This document shows positions 36,706 to 46,336 of a DNA stretch of 51,897 nucleotides, one piece after another. The stretch is from Vitrella brassicaformis CCMP3155 (Eukaryota > Protista > Chromerida), in NCBI GenBank assembly GCA_001179505.1, contig CDMY01000558.1:1-51897 (forward strand), given 5' to 3'. The translations under genes and the position numbers were made by a program. The stretch's first letter is position 1; each line of letters starts with the position of its first letter. The notes under the pieces were generated by a model. It saw only the letters and a program-made list of their open reading frames with translations, searched no databases and was not told the DNA's origin.

Positions 36706-36829
36706 CCTACGCGAGCTTAAAGGCTCAGGCAGTGAGAGGGGATGAACGGATCTGGGAAGATGCAGAGGTTATTTGAAGAGCAGCAGATCTCCTGAGAGTC
36801 CCCTTTGCTGAACGAGGCCCTGCGATGCG

Positions 36830-38070
36830 ATGATTCGTCAGCCCGCCTCCCGCCTGTCATCCCTCCCGCGCCCTCCCCGCCCCTGCGATAGGCCGCCGTC
36901 GCGCTCCTTCGCTCACCACCGCAGCTCGCCAAAGATCATGAAGATGCCCGGCCACACCAACAGCTCCACGCGAAAGGAATACAACTATGCCGGCGATGAG
37001 AGGGCCAACGTGGTGAAGCGGCTGGACCCGGGCGACGTCTTGTATGGGATGACAGTGCGGCACATCGACTGGTACGGCAACGGCGTGGTGCGGCTGGCCG
37101 TGCGGCAGTTCCGCATGGACCATGACTTCGCCTTTCCCCGTGCGCTGCCCGGCGAGAAGCTGGCGCTGCGGGTGGACGATGCGCGCAAGAGGCACTGGAA
37201 GGACTACGACATTTCCCTCATCGGCACCACCCAGCGGAGTGAGGACGAGGTCGAGATACCCTGCCCGCACTTCCTCCAGGTACGTCAGTCAGTCATGTGG
37301 GCTCTTCATCGTCCTGTTTGGTGCGGTACATCCATCGCTCTGTGTGTGTGTATATGTGTGTGTGTGTGCAGAACTGCGGCGGGTGTGCGTTCCAGCACTA
37401 CAGATACGACAAGCAGATCGAGCAGAAGACCACCCTCCTCAAGGAGCTTTTCCGCGACTACAACATGCCCTACATTGAGGACGTCCCCACAGGCAAGAGG
37501 AAGAAGGGCCTCTACGTCGAGGGAGAGACCAACCAGGCCCTCCTCATCGACGCGCCACCGGCGCATTCACAGCAGCACATCACGGGCGGCGAGTGGGCCG
37601 CACTGCCCGAGGGCGATCGGCCGCTGCAGATCGGTGCTCCGTCAAGTGGCGAGAACGCTCTGTTGGAGATGGGGTCAGGGGGAGGAGAGGTGACGGAGGT
37701 GGGCGGTGGTGCAGTGTACAGTGGCAAGGTGGAGAGGCGGCCTCTGTCAGGCGGCAGGCGTCGTGACGTGACGCCATGCCTCCTGCACACCTTCATTCGG
37801 TCACCGAAGCCATTCAGGTCGGTACCACCTCACATGACCATGACCATTAAGGCGCCTGTCCACCTACCTCTCCTGTTTGCTGTGTGATTGTGATTGGATG
37901 GATGTGCAGGTTTCGGAACAAGCTTGATTTCGCGTTTCAACACCGCAATGTGCCGATGATAGGCCTCTTCCATCGGCAGGCGCCCTCCGTGCTGCCCATC
38001 GACGAGTGCCTCCTGGCGCCCTCTGCAAGTAGGGCGGGAAGAGGGCCGCGGGGGATGGCCTGTTGTCGTG

Positions 38071-38103
<33 letters not shown>

Positions 38104-40784
38104 ATATATGTGTGTGGTTGTCAGTTCAGGAGACGTATGAGGTGTGCAAGGAGGCGTTTCGGGAGCTCTTGGCGAATGACGGCATGACCATCTACTCACT
38201 CCGCACGGGCCTGGGCATCCTCAAGAACCTCACCCTCAGATACGCTAGTGAGCCACCACACCCACGCCCTCGCGAGCGCATCTTCTCTTCTCCTGTCATC
38301 TATCCTATTAGCCAATCTGGACGGCAAGACAGAGATCCTGGTCAATGTGGTGACGGGCAGCCCTGTGGATGCGGAGCGGCTGCTGCCTCTGGTGGACCTC
38401 CTGAGCGCCAAGGTGCCGCAGGTGGTGGGCGTGGTGGCCAATGTGTCGCGGACCAGGTGGGGCGAGGTGCACACCGAGGGCGTGCTGGGGCAGGGGCAGT
38501 ACGGCCGCGACGAGCAGCTCCTGTATGGCCGCAACTACATCCTGCAGCGGGTCATGGGCCAACAGGTCTTCCGCATCACCGGTAGGCGGACAGGTGCACT
38601 GCACCGATGGCTGTGCTGTGTGGGCGGGGGGATGGATCTGTGTGTGTTCCTCTGTGTAGGTTCTTCGTTCTTCCACACGAACATGTTGCTGGTGGACCGG
38701 CTGTGTGAGGTGGTGCTTGAGATGGCCGACCCCTCGCCGGATGACGTCGTGTGGGATGCTTACTGCGGCTCGGGCATGCTCGGCATCCTCTTCACCAAAC
38801 GATGCAGACACGTGAGCCAGTCCACACACAGCGCACGAGTCGACGCGTGGACGCTCCTGTGTGTGTGTCTGTAGGTGGTGGGTGTGGATTGGGCGCCGCA
38901 GAACATGAAGGAGTGCCGCGAGAACATGAAGCTCAACAACGTCCCGCCGAATAAGATGCGACTCGTACTCGCAAACCTCAGCAACAGGTCGGCCAGCCAG
39001 CCACCTAGGCCCACACCATCGGCATCGCATTCATTGCACCAGTTCTCCGTTCCCCGTGTGTGTGTGTGTGCTGTGTGTTAAGGTTCACATTGCGTCAGCT
39101 GGCGCTGCACGTCCGTCGGTGGGCGATCGAGCAGGTGGACCCCGATGTCATCGAGTCCATCAACGAGCGAGTCAGGAACGCATGGCTGGCCGGCACCAAG
39201 ACGTCACGCGTCATCGAACGAAACGAAGTGAGTCAAGCAAGACACACACAGCCACCCTCGACACCCGCTGCACACGTATGTGATGCTTTGAACGCAGATG
39301 GGCCCTTCCCCCTTCCTCAACCTGCCCCCGCCCCAGCCCCAACCCGCTGACACCGACACACCATCGAGTGACACTGACGCCGACCTCCCCCCCTCCCCGC
39401 CTCCTCGGTTAGAGTGGGACACTCCGAGCGACCCACAGTACCACGTGGAGATGCAGCTCAAGGCCCTCAAGCTGCTGGCCAAAGAGGAGGAGGACGAGGT
39501 CATGCGGGCGCAGAGGGAGGCCGCCATGCGGGTGCTCAACATCAGCGACCCACTCGTGGGGCCAGACCTCACCGATTTCGACGCACACACCACCGAGGGG
39601 CTGAGGAAGGGTGAGGAGAAAGGGAGAATGGAATGGAATGGAAGGAAAAGGAGGTCCTGACACGGACTCGCGCCTTGTATGTGTGTTGTGTTGTGCTTGG
39701 CTTGTCAGACAAGAAGCCCAAGTTGACCCCCAATGTGTACCTGGCCGACAGCGAGGGAGCCAGCAGGTACCTCGCCGAGGCTGACGTGGCCATCAGTGAG
39801 CGCAAAGAGGAAGACGAGCTCGTCCCTGCAACAGGTCGCCCAGCCACCCCACCAGGCCACGGACTAACCCACCCTGCACGAGACACCTGCACCTTTTCAT
39901 TTTCTTCCTTGGCCGGCCATGAATGGCTGCAGGCACGAGCGACGACCGTCTGCTGGAGGCGCCCGATGACGAGTCAGCGGATGACTCGGTGGAGGCGGTG
40001 GCGAGCGAAGCGGACGATGAGCTGTTTGAGGATGAGAGTGAGGGTGACATTGAGGAGGAGGGAGACGACAGCAGCGAGGTCACCATGGGCCGCCGGGAGG
40101 AGGAGGATGCGGTGGGGCAGCCACGAAGGGGAGGCCACTACACCATCCCGCCTCCAGACATCCTCGTACTCGACCCTCCAAAGGACGGATGCCACAAGGT
40201 GACGCGCGCACACACACGGACACGCACAGACGCGGGCATTGCATACATACGTCAGGGCACGTGTGTGTGTGTTGTGAACACAGGTATTTAGGCGATGGCT
40301 CCGCTCTCTTGTGGTCAAGAAGGTGGTGTACGTGTCCAACAGCCCCCGTCGGGCCATCCGTGACGCGCAGCACTTGATCCTCATGGGCTATCAGATCGAG
40401 CGTGTGCAGCCCATCGACATCTACCCCCACACGACGCACTTCCAAATCGTCATGCTACTCACCCTGCGAGACCCACCTGCACCGGTGCACCAGCCCGGCC
40501 AGGGGCCCATCAGGCAGGCCGGAAGCAGCCAAGAGACAGCAGAAGAGAGGCTGACGGACGGGAGAGGGGAAGGAGCGGAGGGGAGGCTGGAGATTGCCGC
40601 GTCGCTGGGGCTGCCGATAGCCAATCCGCTGACCACGCAGTCGATTCCGGTCAAGAGGGGGGAGAATGTGCGGCCGCCGACCACTGCTCGCATGTACAAG
40701 GGCATCAGGAGGAAGTACAGGCGGAAGGGCGGCCTCACTCTGGCCAGCGATGAGGCACCCAGGACACGGCACAAGGTCTCTTAG
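36830..40784 (+). CDS. TrmA/RlmD (RumA)-family RNA m5U methyltransferase-like protein, predicted catalytically inactive, with an Arg/Ser/Pro-rich organellar-type leader
   Basis: TRAM-like N-domain, CPHFLQNCGGCAFQH, FRNKLDFAF, IDECLL, SSFFHTN, VVWDAYCGSG, VVGVD, ILVLDPPKDG, VVYVSNSP and PIDIYPHTTHFQ in family order. About 12 introns. Confidence 0.85.
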
Positions 40785-41569
40785 ACTGGCTGGGGGTAGC
40801 TGTGTGGATGTGTGTGGTGTGTCGATGGATGCTCTGTGGATTTCGGTCGTTGAGGCTGTGTCATCGCTTTATGTGTGGATGGACCAGACGAGAAACTTCA
40901 TGTCCTATGTGCGCATCAGTGACTCGCACTTAAGGAGGGGTCATTGTCTTGCCTGCAAACACTCGTCATCGACACAGATATCCAGACAGATAGACAGCGA
41001 GAGGGATAGATAGATTACACACAAAAATACCCACCCAGTGGGCATTCGTTCGTCCATCCTTACGCACACGACACGGCCTCACTCACTGATCGAACTCCTG
41101 TATGTCACAATCACCATCAGCCCACAAGAAGGAAGCCGCAGAGAAGGCAGAGAGGAGATGGGGAGACTAGGGAAGCGGTCGAGAATAGGCAGGTAGGGTA
41201 CAAGGGAAAAAGAGGGCGGTGGAGTCGCCCCCACCCTCTCTCACTCTCACTGGCTCTCGCTCGCTCGCATCACGAACGTCAATCGGCAGCCAGCCAGCCA
41301 GCCAGCCAGCCAGACGGCGAAGTACAAAACTGGGCAGATGCCCTCCCCCCTCCGCCTCCTCTCTCCTCTCGTGTGTCCGTCTGTCGGTCCTGCTGACTGC
41401 GTTGCGTGAAGGCGCCAAGAACCACCCTGCCCCACCCTCCCCCTCTGAATCTTGTTTGCCATCCTGTATGAGGAGGCCCGGCCTGACTGACTCACTGACT
41501 GACGACGTTGACACTGTCCCCCCCTCTCTCCCTCCCTCCCTCTCTCCCCCTCCCTGCTGCGTCACTCTC

Positions 41570-42936
41570 TCAGTCCCTCGGCTGCCGGAGCTCCTGGTTC
41601 ATCTCGAGTTCTCTCAGTTTGTAGCCGATGGCGATCTGCCACAGGCACAGCTGGGCCAGGCTGGTGCCCGTCTGCTGCAGGATCGTCTCGGCCCGTGCGT
41701 CGCGAGACCGAGCCCCTCCCATCCCCAACAGGACAGACTTGGTCAGCTGGCCATTCAAAACACACACACACACAAACATGAGGCGACTTGGCGCATCCCT
41801 GCGACACGTGTGTGTGAGTGTTTGCATGTCATCACCTGTTTGATGGCTTCTACAAGGTCGTCTGGGAGGTTTGTGACCTCTGCGGAGCGCCGCTTGAGAT
41901 ACATCTTCATGTAGGCCATCAGCTCGGCCGCCTCGCTGCCCTTGCCGTACTCACCCGATCGCCTCATCACCACCCGACCCTCCTCGTCGGCCTTGCTCAG
42001 CTCCCGCTGCCGATCTATCCGCCGCGACAGCCGGGACAGACGCTGCTTGAGGGCATCGCGCTCGGCCTCCAGCTCCCTCACGTACTCGGACACATCTGCC
42101 TCGACCGTCCGCCCGTCGGAAGTGGTGAGACTGATGGTCCCAGTGGCCTCGCTGGCTGGCTCCTTGCCTCCCCCCTTCTTCTTGCCCGAAGATGAAGGCC
42201 CTTTCTTTTTCTGCGCTTTGGCCTTTGGCCTGCCCTCGGCGACGTCGGCCTCCTCCATTGCTCCAGACAGGCGATAACGGTACTCGGCATGCTTGAGGAT
42301 GTAGCCGGCCATGCACACCTGCCAGATGAGGGCCGCCAGCCTCTCGCCCGTCGTCAAGACTGTCGTCTCGAGTGAGAACTTTGGGATGGTCCCCAGAAAG
42401 CCACGGACAGTCGAGATGGCGACCTCCTTGGCCTGCGGCGACGCCCCCGCCATGAAGCTCTGCGTGAGATCCCGAGGGCTCCACTGAGCGATCTGCCGAA
42501 AGAACTCATTTTCAGAATCCTCGAGGGAAAGAGGGAGGTCAAACTCGCCAGCCGCCTTGCCCGCGAAAGACCCTCCGAACACCGTGTTGTTGTCGCCTCC
42601 GTGTGCACCAGCCAGGGGCAGGTCCCACCGCACTGGCTGAGATTGCGACATGAGCTCGTCCAGCAGGTTGCCCTCCTCCTTCTCGTCGTCCTCAAGCCCC
42701 TCATCTGAGAACTTAAAGCTGGCGTGAGGCGGCTGCCGTGTCGGCCGCCGCCGCCTGTCAGCCTGAGAGCCAGCTGAAGACGATGAGAACGCTGAGAGCG
42801 ATGGGAGGGGAGGGGAAAGGAAGGATGAGGGCGAGGATGCTGCCCTTGACCATCTCCTCCGCGGCAGGGCGCTCCTCGCAGATGAGCAGATCACAAGAGA
42901 TAGAGAGCCGAGGACGAAGCAGATGAGGAGGCGCAT
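41570..42936 (-). CDS. DUF760-family protein with a bipartite plastid-type leader
   Basis: MRLLICFVLGSLSLVICSSA followed by an R/S-rich stretch. TVRGFLGTIP..TTGERLAALIWQVCMAGYILKHAEYRYRL, plus a second repeat LAQLCLWQIAIGYKLRELE. One intron. Confidence 0.8.
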
Positions 42937-43176
42937 CTGGCGTGTGAGTGAGCAGCGGCGATTCAAGATGCTATGTTCATCCCGCGGAAAGGCTGACAAA
43001 GGTGGCCGGGTGGCAGCGGACGGAGTGCCTCTTCGCTGTTGCGTCATCATCATCAAACCGCCCTTCTTCCAGTTTCACGTAATGTCCTAGGCTCTGCGAG
43101 CTTAGCGGGGAAAGAAAGAAGGTTTGCGTGTCAGCGACCCCATCGCGGCGCTTACTCATCCCACTTGCAGGAAGAG

Positions 43177-44506
43177 ATGCTCAGATCAACTGTTCCATTC
43201 ATCTCTCGCCTCTGCCTGATCTCCGCCCTCACTGCACACAGTCATCTCACCGCGCAGCCCATCGCCAAAGCCTCACGTCCCAACGCTTTCATCATGAGGG
43301 CCCTACAACGATTCAGCCAATCAAGACGGCCATCGGCCTATCGGTCTTTTGCCGCTTCTCCAGTGCTGAGGCGGCCGTGTTCCCACGCCAGCGGCACTGG
43401 TGGAGGCGGCGGCAGGCCGCCAGGAGCGCAGATGGAGGCTGCAAGTGGGATCAGGAAACCGGGAGCACCCGCACTGCATGGTTTGGGTCATGTTTGCTTG
43501 TATGTTTGTGCGCAGCTGCCGAGTTGTCTCCCAGCGAGTCATCATCGCCTCTGTCAAAGATCTGGGGGGCCTACTGCAGAGAACTGGAACTGTAAGACGG
43601 CCTTGAGGCAATCTCGATCTGGCGGTCTCTCGTGTGTGTTTGCAGTCGGCCATTGGTGACGAAGGTGTGGAGCACGGCACTTGTGTCGGGTCTGGGAAAT
43701 GCCATCTGCCAGAACATCGAGCGCAGACAGGCCGAGAGCGAGGGCCGGGAGCCGAAGCCACTGGACCTGGAAAGGCTGCTCGTCTACAGCCTGTGAGCAC
43801 ACAGAGACACTCTCATGCTCACGCGTTGAGGGGCAGCCATCCGTATCTCTGTGAGTGTCTGCAGGATGGGCGGGCTGTACGTGGGTCCCGTTCTGCACTT
43901 CTGGTTCTTCATACCGGAGTGGTTGATACGGCAGCCCGGGGTGAAAGGGTTGCCCAAGGTGGGCAAGACCATCGCATCCGTGGGGATCGACCAAACTGTC
44001 CTCGCCCCTATAATGAACGGCGTGTGAGCCGACACACACACACACACACACGCAAGCACACAGAGGGTAGTGGATGCGTTGCGTCTGCGTATGTGTGTGT
44101 TTCAGCGCGTATTACGCCTACAAGCTGATCGGCGTGGGTGTTGCCGGTGCGCGTGGGGTTCTGAGGGGCGACAGTGACGCCAAGACCGCCCTCTCGCTGA
44201 GGTCGGTCTCCCAGGGTGTCACCGATGCCGTCAACGAGACCACCGAGCTGCTCAAGACGGAATATGTGCCGATGATGAAGGTACGTCGCAACGAATGGAT
44301 GGATGGATGGATGGGCACTCCGCCCATTCGCCCATTGTGCTGACTGACTGACTTTGTGTGTGGTTGGCGTGCAGATGCAGTACACGATATGGCCCCTGGC
44401 GGCTGTCATCAACTATTCCTTTGTCCCTGTGGATCTGCGGGTGCTCTTCGTCTCGGCCATGTCGGTCATCTGGAGCGCATACCTGTCGGGATCGGTCAAC
44501 AAGTGA
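43177..44506 (+). CDS. Mpv17/PMP22-family membrane protein with an N-terminal targeting extension
   Basis: YCRELELRPLVTK, GLGNAICQ, YVGPVLHFWF, IDQTVLAP, IWPLAAVINYSFVPVDLRVLFVSAMSVIWSAYLS. Confidence 0.9.
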
Positions 44507-44959
44507 CCGCATGATGCATGCGTGGAGGCGGTAGATGCCTACCCTTGTGGGTGTGTGTGTCGGCAGACGGTGTTGGGCTCCTTGCCTTGTGTGTCTTGGG
44601 TTTCTCTCGTTACTTGATGATTTCTCGTCTGCGTTTCTGATGAGCTGGTTTTAGGGGTACTATCTATATGTGTTTCTCGATGGACGATGGGAACATTCTG
44701 TATTTAAGTCCAGCTTTTCGCACAGACCTTGCCTGGTCGTGGGGGGGCGCACAGAGTCCGCCACATGCGCACGTACGGAGGCACACACACACACACGTTC
44801 TCAACACTCTGGCTTGGCAGCAAAAAGCCCCCGCAGGACGCTGGCCTCCCTCAGCACCCACCCCTGCTGGTGCCCCTCTAAGAGTATGTATGTACACTGA
44901 TCTCTCCATATCTTTCGAACATTTGACCCGAATGGACCGCAAAAAACGGCTTCCCGACG

Positions 44960-46227
44960 CTACTTGCTCTTGCCGCCCCGCATGAGTGTTGACGCCACCA
45001 GCATTGTGGTTGCACCCGCACAGGCGAGGATGGCCCAGCCCAGCAGCTGGGCCATCAGCAGCTGCTGGGCGTATTCGTCATGGCTGCCGACCCTAGGGAA
45101 GGGCTGGTCGGGCTGCTCACACATCAGAAACTTGCACAGCGGGCCCCAGCCTTGTTCGATCTGTATCAGGGAGGTGAAAGTGAGGACGGATGGATGGATG
45201 TGTGGGGTAACTAACTGCCCACACGTGTGTGTGTCGGTGACCTGGTAGAATAGAATGGCTCTGCGAGGGTTGATGTGCTGTATGATGGAGTCGAGGTGGC
45301 CCCTGTGCCGCTCGATGGTCTTCTCGCGGTCGATGATGCCGCGACGACGGTCGCCCTCAAACCACTACCACCATACACACACACACACACACACACACAC
45401 AGAGGGGGGTGGATTCATAACCGTCTGCAGACCATCCCACCAGGCTCTTCTCCCTGCTGGCTGACCTTGCGGGCCTTGTCCAGGGCCAGGTGCATGGAGA
45501 CTAGGGCATGTTGGTGGAACACGAGTGTGCTGAGGTAGGCAGGGAAGGACAGCAGGACCGACGGCAAGCGGAAGACTGTCCTCTCAGCCGACTCAAACCA
45601 TCCATCGAGGCCGCGTGTGGTCACTATCACCTGGACAGGCGCAACACACACACTCGTGTCATGACTGTGCCCGTGCATTGCCATCCACCCATCGTATGCC
45701 TCACCCACCCTCGCGCCAGGGTATTTCCTCAGCAGCTCTTTGTAGTAGAGGGCAGCGGGGTACCCGACGGCAGCTCTGTAGCCTGAAGGAAAACAGGAAT
45801 CGACTCATCCGAACACACCCGCACGAGCCAGCCACGGGCCCATGCACCCACCACGGAAGACGCCATCCCAATCGACCGCATGAATGGACTCGGGAGAGGC
45901 AACCTGCTCGCACAAACGAAGCGGACAGCACAGAGCTGACGGTGCCTGAGTGGTTTTCATGGAATGCAGCCTCCCTTCCCTCACCCCATCTTCAGCGATT
46001 TTCCGCCACAGCTCCGCCAACTTGGGCTGCCGCTCGATATCGTACACGTGGAGGCTGGAGATGCCGAGCGCCTCGAGTGCAGCCTTGAGGCTCAGCGTGC
46101 CCGTGCGTGGCAGACCGACAGCTATCACCTCGAGGCCTCGCCAATCTGAGTCGTTTTGGCTTTCATTTGGGGTGCTTTCAGAGATGCCAGGCTTCCTCTC
46201 CTGGGTCTTCGGGCTGGAGATGCGAGG
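44960..46227 (-). pseudogene. Sulfotransferase-family (P-loop, Sulfotransfer_4-like) gene copy 1: intact spliced frame but no in-frame ATG
   Basis: LEVIAVGLPRTGTLSLKAALEALG, VDWDGVF, YRAAVGYPAALYYKELLRKYPGAR, VIVTTR..DGWFES, EQGWGPLCKFL..PFPRV and a C-terminal hydrophobic tail. The frame runs upstream into TGA with no Met; homology to copy 2 stops exactly after the ATG position. Confidence 0.7.
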
Positions 46228-46268
46228 GGAGCAGCGGTTTCAGGGAGCACCCTAGGCTGAATTTGAGC

Positions 46269-46307
46269 TTGCGGCGAGAATTGCGGCGAGAATTGCGGCG
46301 AGAATTG
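46269..46307. repeat. Perfect 12-bp tandem repeat (TTGCGGCGAGAA)x3 + TTG
   Basis: Read directly. Confidence 0.95.
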
Positions 46308-46336
46308 TTGACCAGTTTATCGCTGCGTCCGTACAG

